A stretch of 64,000 bases of DNA, from the NCBI GenBank assembly GCA_000002445.1, contig CP000068.1, positions 960,001 through 1,024,000 on the forward strand, in the 5' to 3' direction. Made by a program: the position numbers and the translations under genes. Positions 1-11,279 of this stretch are shown one piece after another. How positions within the stretch are numbered: the stretch's first letter is position 1; each line of letters starts with the position of its first letter. Origin of the DNA: Trypanosoma brucei (lineage: Eukaryota). Under the pieces are notes generated by a model. That model did no database searches. It saw only the letters and a program-made list of their open reading frames with translations, and was not told the DNA's origin.

Positions 1-693
1 TATGAATTTTATGGGGAGACCGACGGGCAGGCGTATTACATGCATCCCATCACATACAAAATGTTGTGTGTGGATGCTGAGGCCCGTAACTCGCCTCTCC
101 GCAACGTTGTAGAGGCTCCGGTAGAGGAGATTACGACGTTTACGCAGGACGAGGCATCCAGGAAACGCTACAGAGTTTTTGCTCACGTACCACTTCATGC
201 AACAATAAAGTTGTGTCTTCTTGACCTGAGCGACATTGTTCTTGCGTCCACAATGAAGATTTTCGAACCAACACTTGCACGGCTGCGGAAGTCACGGCAA
301 CTTCGGGAATCGAGTATTAGCAGCAGTACCGAAGATTCTACGTGGCAGGAGTACCTCCGACGCTACCGCACTGATTGGCGGGGTGAGGCAGAGAGAACTT
401 TGGAGGATATGAGCCCGATGTCGGAATTTATGATGTCGGAGATGTCTGCAGATTTCGAGCGTCTACCAGCACTTGAACTCTCCCCATCCGATGGTACTCC
501 GCCCCTTGGTCCCGTGCCGCAAGCATCAGCGGGAAGGGAAACACCCGGAGGAGGTTGCTGGAAGACCGGCAACTCTCTCCAGCTTTTCTCTTCACCTCCA
601 GTGCGCCCCGTTGTGCCTACATGGGGTGGGCACGGCTTCAATCCAAACAAACCATCGTCGAACGTGTCTCTAGCTGAGGGGCGGAAGAGGTAA
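1..693 (+). CDS. hypothetical protein, 5' partial (frame open from window start; stop TAA 691-693)
   Basis: Frame 1 is open from nt 1 and the ORF 40..693 continues it. The strand matches the downstream + genes. No recognisable domain. Confidence 0.45.
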   Translation, partial: YEFYGETDGQAYYMHPITYKMLCVDAEARNSPLRNVVEAPVEEITTFTQDEASRKRYRVFAHVPLHATIKLCLLDLSDIVLASTMKIFEPTLARLRKSRQLRESSISSSTEDSTWQEYLRRYRTDWRGEAERTLEDMSPMSEFMMSEMSADFERLPALELSPSDGTPPLGPVPQASAGRETPGGGCWKTGNSLQLFSSPPVRPVVPTWGGHGFNPNKPSSNVSLAEGRKR

Positions 694-1397
694 CATGAAG
701 GGCTGCAATATTTTATTGGGGCGTGCATTTCCGTAAAAAGAAAAAAAATTAAATCAAGTAATGCCAATAACACATTTCTGTGGCGCAGTTTTATGGTTGC
801 CGAGGAAAAGAGGCATAGAGCTAAAGATGCCCTCCACACACACACACACGTATACATCTATATATATATATATATATACGTGTGTGTGCGGATCGTTCCC
901 CCCTCTTCACCTAACTTCAGTGGATAAGTGTGAGGAAAGCAGGGGAAAGGACGGTGAAGTAGATACTTCATGTATACAACATGGGTTGGCACTGCCTTCG
1001 GAAGATATATGGCTGGAAGCTGGGCGTGGAAGAGTAAGTTAAGTGAGACCGCGCACCGGATCCTGTCTGCTCCATGGGAAGGATGAATGTGGTTGCGTTA
1101 GTTCGCCCAGGTGTGAGGAGAGGGGTTGTTTGCCATTTTCCTTTTGATCGATCACCGCTCGATGGTGTTTTCTTTGCAGCAAGTGGTTGTGTTTTACACT
1201 TTGAGCCACGTTTCAAAGAATGCAAATTGTTTTTGCTTTTCTTCATCCTTCCTCATTTCCCTCTCCAATTGGGGTTATTTCTTATTACGCTTTTTACCCT
1301 TTAAATTTGTACGCCACGCAAAACCTTCCGGAACCGGAGTGGCGAAGGAAACCGTTTGTGTTACAAGCGATCTTGATTGTTTAGCATATCATGCGAG

Positions 1398-2402
1398 ATG
1401 TGGGGACCAAACCAGGAGGTAGCGCACCCGCGACACGACGGCAAATCATTCTACCTCCCATCAACTAGTGCGGCGGGTGCTGCTGCTCTCGGTGCTTCCC
1501 TACTGCCGCATAGTAACTTGGTTTGTGCGCCATTGAATCCTCATATAGCGCGGGAACCAGTGGATACTGCAACCGGGGATGGTGATGGGACAGTTCGTGC
1601 TTTACTCACACGGTTCCGTATTGAGAACGAGCGACTTCGTGATCAGGTAAAGGCGCACGTGGTGCAAGAAGCTCTCCTTACGCAGCGTTTGCAGGAGTTA
1701 AGTGCAAGAAACACAGCGCTCCACCTACAGGATTTCCGAAAGAGGGATAACGACGCTGTAGTGGAGAAACTGAAGAAGCAACTGGAGGTGAAGGAGATGG
1801 AGGTGCGTGCACTGCAACTTCAAGTTGGAGAGTTAAATGGTCGTATTTCAGCCTACGAGGAGGCGATTTCGCGCCCCGACCACCCCCAGGGTCTTTCTGC
1901 AAATTCGATGGATCGTGTGCGGGAGCTCATTTGTGAAGCTTTGAGCAGTGCAGGTTTTTTGACACGCGTCGCGAATGCGGTGGAGCACTGCCACCCTTCA
2001 ACACACGAGGTAACAGATTGCCCCCGCTCAGTTGAAGAGTGCACTAATCATTGTCTCCAGGCTGCTATGCGCGGGAATAAGGAATTGCCTGGTGAAACAG
2101 CGGCGCGTGGTCACCATGTGTCTTGTGAGGAGCTCGCTTCTGCCCTTCGTGAGGAGGTTTTGTTTTGCGAAACGGTAGCGGTTCGTGTGGCCGCAAAGCT
2201 GTTCATGGAACGTTCGTCAGCGGATTCCTCTGCGAAGGCTGATCGTGGAACTGGTTTGCAGCATCAGGAGGAGTCCGCGCCTCCGCTTGCGAGGCCCACC
2301 GCCGAGTGTCCGGCGGAGGCGCATGAATTGCCGCAAAGTGACCGCCGGCCTCGCCGCAAGCCCGCCGCTCGACCCACCGTGGAGGATTGCGAAGTGCAGT
2401 GA
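1398..2402 (+). CDS. coiled-coil hypothetical protein
   Basis: The track ORF 1377..2402 starts on TTG, and the first ATG is at 1398. Heptad-like coiled-coil stretch (LTRFRIENERLRDQVKAH...LKKQLEVKEMEVRALQLQV). Polypyrimidine tract 1231-1312 upstream. Confidence 0.55.
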   Translation: MWGPNQEVAHPRHDGKSFYLPSTSAAGAAALGASLLPHSNLVCAPLNPHIAREPVDTATGDGDGTVRALLTRFRIENERLRDQVKAHVVQEALLTQRLQELSARNTALHLQDFRKRDNDAVVEKLKKQLEVKEMEVRALQLQVGELNGRISAYEEAISRPDHPQGLSANSMDRVRELICEALSSAGFLTRVANAVEHCHPSTHEVTDCPRSVEECTNHCLQAAMRGNKELPGETAARGHHVSCEELASALREEVLFCETVAVRVAAKLFMERSSADSSAKADRGTGLQHQEESAPPLARPTAECPAEAHELPQSDRRPRRKPAARPTVEDCEVQ

Positions 2403-2640
2403 AGTGCTTAATGATAGAAGAATATAGAAAAACGCGTCTACCCAATGTGTTTCAGTGCAGACCTTACTCCCTTTCCATATGCCGCCCGCCCCTGTGGCCT
2501 TCACAGTGAGAAGGAGGGATGCATGTGACCCGTGTAACTCTTAGGATTGCATCTCCCCTTGCAACTGACGCTGGGAATGTATTGCCGTCGGATGGGGGGA
2601 GGAGGTGGACAACAATGCTGTCAGCGATGGCGGCGTTGAC

Positions 2641-2720
2641 GTTTTTTTTTTTTTTAAGCCCTCGTTAACTGTTATGTGGATTATTCTTCCTTCTTCCCAT
2701 TTTTCTTTTTCTTATTCGAC
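2641..2720 (+). promoter_or_regulatory. polypyrimidine tract (T14 plus CT-rich) and downstream AG: trans-splice acceptor / polyadenylation coupling signal for the 2873 gene
   Basis: Kinetoplastid mRNA processing uses a polyY tract followed by an AG dinucleotide 50-150 nt upstream of the ATG. Confidence 0.55.
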
Positions 2721-2872
2721 ACATTATCGTGGTACAGAAAGAAGTAGCCGCATCAAAAAAGGTAACTCGACAGAGAGATAAGGCACTTCATTCTCCCGAC
2801 TGGAATCGGTAAGAAAGGTACGAAAGCTACTTAGCGGTTGCCACAGCAAGCTAAAAGCGGAGGTGTTACATC

Positions 2873-3178
2873 ATGTCCTCCGGTTTCCATTTTCATGACG
2901 TGTCCAATGACGCCATCAAAGGAATGCCACCGAGCGAGGCTTTACATAAGCACCTGGAGAATGCGCAGCTCGCGCACCGCATTTGCCTTGCCAAGGCACT
3001 AAAGGCTGGTGAACCCCCTGTGGAAAAATGTGCACTCACGTGGGGTGAAGTGCTCATACGGTACCAGGCCTGGTCCGAGTATCGCCCACCCTTCCAGGAT
3101 AGTGTTGCACAGGCAAAATACAAGAAGTACTGGAGCAAAAAGCGACAGGAAGAGGACGACAAGAATCCATTCAAATAA
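2873..3178 (+). CDS. small hypothetical protein (101 aa)
   Basis: ATG verified at 2873. A T14/polypyrimidine tract at 2641-2720 followed by AG lies just upstream, which is a classic trans-splice acceptor arrangement. It is the last + strand gene before the strand switch. Confidence 0.4.
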   Translation: MSSGFHFHDVSNDAIKGMPPSEALHKHLENAQLAHRICLAKALKAGEPPVEKCALTWGEVLIRYQAWSEYRPPFQDSVAQAKYKKYWSKKRQEEDDKNPFK

Positions 3179-6100
3179 CTGGTGTGCTTAACACGGGGAA
3201 CGGGGCACCCCTTGGGAGTTGCTTGCTGTACGGTTCCAAGGAATGGCGTAACGTTGATGTGTGTGTTTTTAGCGGATATATTTTATTGCAGTGGCGTGTG
3301 TAGCAGTTGGTCGGGTAAGGAATTGAACGAAAATTTGTCTGTTTGTTGGCTGCTTTTTGCAGCCTTAGGAGCATGCTGGAGAGTATTTACACCGAATTAG
3401 TTCCGTTTCCCATTCAGTCTCTCTCCCCTCCTCAAATTTGGGGGGGGGGCTTTTCATGATATTGTTGTGCACGTTGGTAAAACCAAAAAGATTTCTAACT
3501 AAACCTCTATCTCCTCCGCTTATTGTTTTCTGTCACCTTAGCTTTTTCTTCGTTAAAAGGCAATATAGCTCCACTACTCATGGGCGAGATGGGAATGGTA
3601 GGAAAAATAAATGCTCGGCGTGGCTGCGCAAACCAAATACACCTCTCAAAGCCATGTCTTTCTTAGTTTACGGAATTATTTGGATCTAAAGGACGGTGCT
3701 CTTGTCGAGAGGTGAGGTGTCTCCGAGATCAACCACGACACCAGGGCTGTTGATCATCCTTTTCGACTCCATTAGAAAAAGGCTCAGTTAACCACCCGCC
3801 ATATGCAACAACCTTGAGGCAGTTGGCACCGCCTCAACTGCAACGCGAGCGGACGAAGAGGGTGAAACTGTGGGGTTAAAAAGTATTAGGGTCAATGAGG
3901 AAAGTGAAAAGGGAGGGAAGTTGCGGATATTAATCGAGGAGCGAAGGTGGATGTTCATTAGGGCATCCACTCTTCATTAGGTGCCAGAGGAAAGCTGCGT
4001 TGCTTACGCGTCGCGCTTTACACAATCGTGCGGATAGTGAATGAGGCCCCGCTCTGAAGAGTAAATAAGGCAGGAAACTCGGGCACCCGAAACAAAAGCC
4101 AGCAGCGCGAACAAAAAGTGGGAAGTTGGATAGCTGTAGGAAACGCGGCAGCACCAGCGAAGTTTAAACAGAGCCGAATGTTTCCACGGCGGAACACGAG
4201 GATATAGACGAAGGGTATGCCGAGTGGGGCGCCATTGGGAAGCACACGGCTTTTTTTTCTACTTTTTTCGGTTGCCAAAATGCTGCGAATTGCAACCGTA
4301 CAACTGACTGAAGGCGGCCCACTACTCATAGTGCCAAGGTGTTTTTTTTATTTTTGAGCCTCCGAGAGGGATACTTCCCGGAAACGTTTTGAGGTTTCAA
4401 TCGGGATCTTACGGCATGAAGTCTCCAAACCGATTATGAAAGGAGACACATGAAGGCAACATGGCCTCTGACAAAACGAAATGCGAGTGTCCCGGGCGTA
4501 AAATTACGTTAGCGGCACCGACGAGCACCGCATGGGGGCAGCTACTCGAAGCGAAAGATTAAGCGAGTAGCTGGTTGACACAAAGGCGCCTAAGCAAATA
4601 AGCACAGGAAACAATCTCGCTGAAGTTAAAGTTGCCGTTACACCTGGGGAGTGAGGGCTACATAAATGGAATAACTGGAGGAGACTCACTGGATAACAAC
4701 TGTAATAAGCTGGCAGCGGGAAGTGGTCCCCTCCGTTTCACACCTCGTGAGAATAGAATTGTGCTTAGCCCTGTATGTTGGCATGTTCAGATACAGAGCG
4801 CTTGGTAAAGAATGTAATGGAGGGATTATGATCATCGCGCCCACTTTGTAATGAATAGGCGACGCCGGTGCCGTGACATCGCGGTCCGCCCACGGACGCA
4901 GCGAATGGTAAGGAAGTGACGGAAGAAACGCACGAAAGACCGACAAAACGAGAAATAAAAAAAAAAAGGTGGCGACACTCGCGGTTATCTCGTCAGAAAT
5001 ATCCACGGTTCACGGAGAATGCGATAATCGCTATAGCGCGGACGAGGCGTTTGTGTGGGACAAAGTGAAGCACTGTCTCTGGGTTGCCGCTGTCACTAGA
5101 AACTTTGCAGACAAGGGAAAAGAAGGCACGGGGCGTAACACGCAACAGCGGAGCGGCACACTTGCTTCGCGCATACGGATGACACGCGACCAACGAAGAG
5201 AGAAATTCCGCAACCGCTAGAGACTGGAGTAGAGCACCGAGAGTCCTTTATTCATTTGCTTGAAAGTTTAGCAACCTTAAGCGCACACCCACACACACAC
5301 ATAAAAAAAAAAAGATGCGGCTGGCGCGAAAGTTGAAGTTACAGCCGCACACATGGGTAAAAAGTTGGCACGGCTCCTTTACACATACCCTGGTGTGTGC
5401 GTGTGTGCGGGGGGCCATACCAAAAAGCTGGAGAATCTCTCAATGCATTACTGCCGACCACCGGCGAGGAAATCCAGTCCGTACGTCAAAATATAACGTA
5501 GGTGATAATAATGTCGATAACGGTTCCATTCCGCATTCCGACAACTCAAATAAGTGTATTGGTGAGTCCGCAAGGTCTCCACTTCCCCAGTTGATCCTCC
5601 CTGAGGAAAAGAATGTTGAGCGCCCACACCTGCGATGTACACATATAAATTTAAATTGTCATGCCACCAACGCGACCAAGTGTAATAGAACCAATTTGCA
5701 AGGTTCAGTTGAGGTGCCTTTCGTTTATACCGACTGCTGAGCTCATAAGCTAGTTTGTGGTCGATAGTTTCACCCGGCCTCAAAAGGGAAGGGAAACGGT
5801 TACGCGATGGCATGATACTTTGGCTTTTTCTCTATAATATTGGTTTTGTAAAAAAAAAAAAGAGGGTAATGGGAAGATCATTGTGACCGGGAGGTCCAGT
5901 GAAGCATATAGTTTTTTTTTACTGTTATTTCCGCCAAACTAACCAACGAATTGCCACCAAACCCGATAACACTCGGCAGTAGAAACTATCGGGAACTTTC
6001 CTAGAAGCGGCACAACGTATACCAGTGTCTTGAGCGCATTTGTCCGTCCACACCCCGTGATTTTCTCATCTTACCTCGCTTTGCTGCATTCCTCTCCTCC

Positions 6101-7328
6101 TTTCTTTATGTTCATACGCATATATGCTATGTGCGTGTGTTTAAGAGCCAGTGCCAAATGAAGATAACTGACTTGCCTCACCATCCCCTTGAATCCCGTA
6201 CGTTACCTTGCCGACTACGTTTCCGCATCCACAACAACGTTCTAACCTGAGGTTCCACACTTAATAATCCTTCCTCTTTACCGCATGTGTATTCCAGCAT
6301 CACGACGCGCTTAACTCATGCCAGCCGCCGCTGCCACAACATCCGCATCGATTACTTCTGCTCACCATCCTCAATAGCAATATTGTTTGTGTGTGTGTGT
6401 GTGTGTGTTGTATTTGTTTGGTTGCGCCACGCATGCCCTCCAAAGTCAATTAATTCACCCCGTTCCCAGCGATCAAAATACTCAGCTGAGTCGAAGACCG
6501 CAAACGGCACGCACCTTTCCGATGGTTATCCTCAGGTAGTTGGAAATTCTCTGAGGCCGGCCGAGGCCCAAGGCAGCAAAACAAAAAAAAAACAGCAGTT
6601 ACGCGGGGGCGCACATAGCTTCATTTCCCCCCTTGGAAACGGGTCTGAGAAGCAGAACCATCCGTCTCCATAGCGGATCAAACAAAAAAAAACATTCACG
6701 TACATGCTTATAGATTTCTATATGTGTGTGATATCTTCTGCCTGTGATTATATCTATCTTTCCTCTTCGTCGGATTCCAGTTGGTGGGGCATTTGTAATG
6801 TCGTTTTTTTTTTTCGTTTCCTTCCTTTTCCCTTTAAGGACACATATTACCGTGTCACACCCGTTTAAGGTTGGTTGCCCCCCCCTCCCCATGTTTACGT
6901 CCATGCGTGCGTCAGCGCACAGCCGCCCCAATCACTGCTATTTCCAGCACTCCTTCACCAACGCGCATATCAACGGCATGGGGCCTCTCCTCGTTTTTCT
7001 CTCCTCCTACTGATATTGATATGTTCCTCGTTGCTTTTTTTTTTTTTGGAACCAATCACATACCATACTCAGGTATTGGCTTTCCATTCAACTCTTTAAG
7101 ATTCGGAGGCGGGGTATAAATTCAGCAGCTGATTAATGCGTATGTGTGAAGGATCCAGCACAAACCCAGAGGCCTGTGATATTCACTTATTCTCCTTTTC
7201 TTTTCGCATGCTCTTTCGCTTTTACTTCGCCACATTACATCCACATATATATATATATATATATTAGAATTTCCCCCTTATGGTTACCTGTGAAGTTCAC
7301 TTTACACTCGCAAAATTTTCCTCATCCC
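3179..7328. other. convergent strand-switch region (end of + PTU meets end of - PTU); probable RNA pol II termination zone
   Basis: All credible CDS left of 3178 are on the + strand and all right of 7329 are on the - strand. No ORF with an ATG start and protein-like composition lies between them. Confidence 0.6.
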
Positions 7329-8093
7329 TTATTCCCCCCTAATCTCAAAATCCGGTGTTACCGTCGTGGCGAAGGCTTGCAATTCGTCGTTACGTAGGGC
7401 GCGTGGTAAAGTTTGCGGGTGCCCGTTGACCGAAGGAGGAGGAAATGAGTTCTCAGGATTGGCGGGAGGCAACATGTTAACACCGGATCTTTCCCTAGAC
7501 AGTTCCTCCAGACGGCGGAGGATGCCATCACAGGAGTTCTTTTGCCTTTTCCCCACATTCCACATGTATACTAACGCAGAATATAGCAATTTTCCAACAT
7601 AAATCATTTTCTCTGTTAGATGCAACCTCTTTTTTAATTGCCCCGCGGAGAAGCCCAGTTCCCGAATCCAATCATTGAAATATCCGAAAATGAGGCGGAA
7701 CAACTGAGAACCCGCCTCCAAATCTTTGATGGTTGTATCCCTTGAATCCAATGCCTCTCTCAAGTCATCAATGATTTTCCTCCTAACTTCATCAGCACCA
7801 ACATTACGACCCACCATCGGCCAGTAATATTCCTGAAGGAGAGTGATAAACTGGGGATATGTTGTTTCAGTTTCTAGCGACCACATTCTTCCCTGTTCAT
7901 CCTCAACGGTTGAATGGTTCGTATAAAGTTTTGGGTCATCTAATTTCATGGTTTCGTCAAGCCATGCAATGGCAAAGTTGATATTATATCCCCGGCCGCT
8001 CTTACCGATTCCACCGTGTGTAATTCCTTGTTTGCTCCCCACACTGCTATCAGTTGAATAGTGAACGCGCCCACTGTTTTCTTTGTTAATCAT
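7329..8093 (-). CDS. hypothetical protein
   Basis: The track ORF ends at 8156 but that start is TTG (plus strand caa at 8154-8156). The first ATG is at 8093 (cat at 8091-8093). On the minus strand a polypyrimidine tract (8276-8345) lies upstream. Confidence 0.5.
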   Translation of the reverse strand: MINKENSGRVHYSTDSSVGSKQGITHGGIGKSGRGYNINFAIAWLDETMKLDDPKLYTNHSTVEDEQGRMWSLETETTYPQFITLLQEYYWPMVGRNVGADEVRRKIIDDLREALDSRDTTIKDLEAGSQLFRLIFGYFNDWIRELGFSAGQLKKRLHLTEKMIYVGKLLYSALVYMWNVGKRQKNSCDGILRRLEELSRERSGVNMLPPANPENSFPPPSVNGHPQTLPRALRNDELQAFATTVTPDFEIRGE

Positions 8094-8700
8094 TAACGTT
8101 AATGTTTTTTTTTCCTTTTGTATGGCAGTGACACTAGGCGTTCCCCGCCGCTGCAACGAACTAATATTACTTTTTTTTTCTTCTGCACTACTTCAATTAA
8201 TTGAGGGGTGCGTGTGAGTGCTTATTTTCGTGACCGCAGCAGCTTGTGGTTCTTGTGAGTACCCCCTTCCTTAGAGGGATTTTGGATTGTAAAATAAAAT
8301 AAAATAAGATACGACAATAAATAAATAAGGAAAAGAAAGGAGGAATAATGGTACATTCAACAGAAAATGCACCCAAAAGCGATTCCGTCCCCTCCCCCCC
8401 CCTCCGCTTCCATGTCACCTCACCCATTACTTCCTCTTCCCCACAGCACCTTCGACAACAATCACAAAAGGTACAAGTTATTTTCCCCCTCCACTTCCTC
8501 TTCTTCATCTTCATCTTCATCCCCCTCCATTTGTACTTTCAGTCCACGTGAGCACTAAAACCATCGTTCAATGTTTAACACGGTTCAGTTGTTCCCATCA
8601 CACGGACAGAAAAAGGACCGTATTTCCCACATTTGCGCCTTTCATAAACAATAATAAACACACCCAAAAGAAAAGAAAAGAAAAGTTTCCGCTTGCATCT

Positions 8701-9357
8701 TCAGAAACCCAACCCCAGCAGCCAGTGGTGCAACACCATACGACCATCAAGTGCCACATTGTACACATAAATGGAGTGGCTCCGCACAAATATTTTTTTT
8801 GTTGGAAAAATCTTGAGCAGTTCCTCCTCAAAGCGGAACATATCGCCCTCCACCTGTTGGATGCGGAGGTAAAATGCTGGCATTAAGTTACGAGGATGCA
8901 TAGAGAACACCTTTCCTGGAAGTACACCGTTACTGCTGCGGTGTACGAAAAATGGAATCGTATCGAGCGGATCAGCGGGTCCTAAAGGCGGAAGGTACCC
9001 AACAGCAGAATCCCTTCCCACTACACCAACTGCTTCGGGTTCTTCTTGACAACGTTGCGGTGGGCACAATTTAGCGAAGTCGTGCAATTTGTATCGGAGC
9101 GGTAGTTTCAGCAGCTCGTCGTAAACATCGCTTCGCAGCGCACGGTTCCATTTGCTATATTGAATTCGCGGCACCGGAAGAGCGGCCGCAACGTTCGCCT
9201 CAGGAGGCATTGCACCAGCAGAAATATTTGCCGCCACATCCGTTGGGCTCACAATGTTGATGTATTTTCCGGTACTGGGCATTACATCACGCCCCAGCGA
9301 TGTGTTTGCCGCGGTTCCTCCGAGCCACACGCGGCGCAAACGTGACCGGTTCAGCAT
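8701..9357 (-). CDS. hypothetical protein with N-terminal mitochondrial-presequence-like segment (MLNRSRLRRVWLGG)
   Basis: ATG verified at 9357. The N-terminus is Arg-rich and amphipathic. Confidence 0.5.
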   Translation of the reverse strand: MLNRSRLRRVWLGGTAANTSLGRDVMPSTGKYINIVSPTDVAANISAGAMPPEANVAAALPVPRIQYSKWNRALRSDVYDELLKLPLRYKLHDFAKLCPPQRCQEEPEAVGVVGRDSAVGYLPPLGPADPLDTIPFFVHRSSNGVLPGKVFSMHPRNLMPAFYLRIQQVEGDMFRFEEELLKIFPTKKIFVRSHSIYVYNVALDGRMVLHHWLLGLGF

Positions 9358-10337
9358 TTGTACCTAAGACGCTAAAAAGGATTAGTTCAGAGCCTCTCTG
9401 ATTTTGCTGATTTCACCGCCAATGTAAAAAATTACGTATAAATGTATACGTGCGCAAGTAAGTAATATCCTAAGTGAGCGTGGATATGTCCGTTTACCAA
9501 AAACAAGCGTTCTTTACCCAACTCTCCACACAGCTCTGTGCGTGTGTCTCAATTGTTGCGGGCTGCTTCAACAGTTGAACAAACAATGCAGAAGAAAGAA
9601 GGAAAGCCAACAACGACAATATGTATATATATATATATATATACATGCGCACGCACACGAATACGTGCACGTGGTGAGGTAGACAAGGTTGTATAGAAGA
9701 ATATCAAGGCATGAAGAGAAAATGGGGCTTCCTTTTCCCCAACGTGTGCAAATGTTTGCAACGGAATACTGCATTGCCTTTCTCTTTCTCCCGTGCTTTA
9801 GCAGTGCACTACGTTATGTATGTAGGAATGATGAGGCGCCAGGGTAGTGGTTTCTGCACGCTGAAGTATTGCTACCTCAGACATACAAACATCAACCTCC
9901 TCTTTCCAGCTGCCATCACTAATATTAAATTCTTATGTTAAGACTTCTTTCCCTCGTTTCTACAAAGTTTCATTGCACTCCTTGTCGGCCCCCCCCTCCC
10001 CGGATACGCCCATCGCTCGACCCTTCACTTCACTTTTCCCCCCTCTCTTTTCTTTTTCTTTTTTTCCTTTTTGAAAGTAGCCCCTCTCCTCAAACAAATC
10101 TGGAGCCTTTCTTTATGACGTATAACCTGAACTGTTCACCCCATGCCATCATTCGCTTCCCATTTGCTATCGCCCCATCGCATATGCACATGTACGCGCA
10201 CACATACATACACGTATATATATACACATACACATATATATATATATATATTGTTGTTACCTCGTCGGATGAGGGTTTCAACACGACAGAGGGGGGAGAG
10301 AGGAGGAGGCACTAATACTTCAATATGTTCCTTACGC

Positions 10338-11279
10338 CTAAAGTGTCATGGCTTGGCGTCGTGCACGGGAACGTTTGCCAACCTGCGCACTGTACGTTGC
10401 CGATCCTACTGCTTGCACAGAGCGCGTAGCTGTGCACCAATTGCACCGCAATTCCATACGCCTACCCTCCTTCGTTAGTGTGGTGTCAATCTTGTGGCAT
10501 GAGTTACACTTCACGTACTCGTCCAAATACTTTATCAAAATTTTATCGAAATCTGTCACTTTCTGAATTTCATACTTGAGAATGAGAGAGTCGTTGCTGT
10601 CAAGGTTCCCACCAACAGAGAGCTCCTTCTCAATATAATCCTTCACATCCTCAATAGGGCGGCTGAACACCTCACATATTCTGCGAAAGTTGACAATAAC
10701 AACCTTCTTTTTACTTATTTTCTCCACCTGCGGCACAGGTAGCTGATTGCGCTCCGACATGCCGCTGCTCTCTTTGTTACGGTTTAGCGCAATAAAGATT
10801 CGCTGCAGCATATCATTGTAGGTATATCCAGTGCAAACCTCAGAGCCCGTGCCGTTGGAGTTGTTGTTGTTGCTGCTGCTGCTGCCGGTAACGTCGAGGA
10901 AACGTTCCACACGAGGCGCATGATTTGTTTTCCGCCGTTGCTGATCAAACTCGGCCATCCGCCGCTCCACTTCGCTTCGAGTTACTTGTTGAAGCAACGC
11001 GTGAAGATCTGCCGCGCTGTACGTGTCGTATGCTATTGCAAAAATATCCTCTGCGACTACGGGACTCGGTGCTACCGGCGGTGGAGGATTTGTTGTGGTT
11101 GTGGTTGGGCCCGAAACGCTGGATGTTACGAAGGGATCTTTTAATGTCGTGGCCTCCTCATACGGTACCGCTTCACTCGCGCGCGGAGCTTTGGAGCGGC
11201 GGTTGTCACCAGCGGCATTTGCCCCTCGGGAACGGCCCCCAAGCCGTAACTCTTTTGAAACTTCCGGTTGTTCAGCCAT
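10338..11279 (-). CDS. EIF2B: eukaryotic translation initiation factor 2 beta subunit (eIF2-beta)
   Basis: ATG verified at 11279. The C-terminal C4 zinc ribbon CNSCHKIDTTLTKEGRRMELRCNWCTATRS, followed by QAVGSATYSAQVGKRSRARRQ, matches the eIF2-beta/eIF5 family signature. Confidence 0.85.
   Translation of the reverse strand: MAEQPEVSKELRLGGRSRGANAAGDNRRSKAPRASEAVPYEEATTLKDPFVTSSVSGPTTTTTNPPPPVAPSPVVAEDIFAIAYDTYSAADLHALLQQVTRSEVERRMAEFDQQRRKTNHAPRVERFLDVTGSSSSNNNNSNGTGSEVCTGYTYNDMLQRIFIALNRNKESSGMSERNQLPVPQVEKISKKKVVIVNFRRICEVFSRPIEDVKDYIEKELSVGGNLDSNDSLILKYEIQKVTDFDKILIKYLDEYVKCNSCHKIDTTLTKEGRRMELRCNWCTATRSVQAVGSATYSAQVGKRSRARRQAMTL

Noticed and set aside
5315-5813. Small ORFs inside the strand-switch region (5315..5740 +, 5448..5813 -, 6287..6673 +)
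   Set aside because: Their Cys/His/Asn-rich composition is not protein-like. They overlap one another on opposite strands, have no upstream polyY/AG signal, and 6287..6673 starts on GTG. They are most likely chance ORFs in non-coding DNA.
3179-7328. tRNA, snRNA or snoRNA genes at the convergent strand switch
   Set aside because: Such genes are expected from general knowledge of kinetoplastid strand switches. I found no cloverleaf-sized unit with a GTTCGA/TTCGAAT T-loop box, no spliced-leader or 5S-like sequence, and no convincing C/D box pairs. Reading by eye is weak for snoRNAs, so this is a low-confidence negative.
8548-8886. 112-aa + ORF overlapping the 3' end of the 8701..9357 gene
   Set aside because: Opposite strand to the whole right-hand PTU, His/Thr/Lys-rich junk composition, and it spans an intergenic pyrimidine tract.
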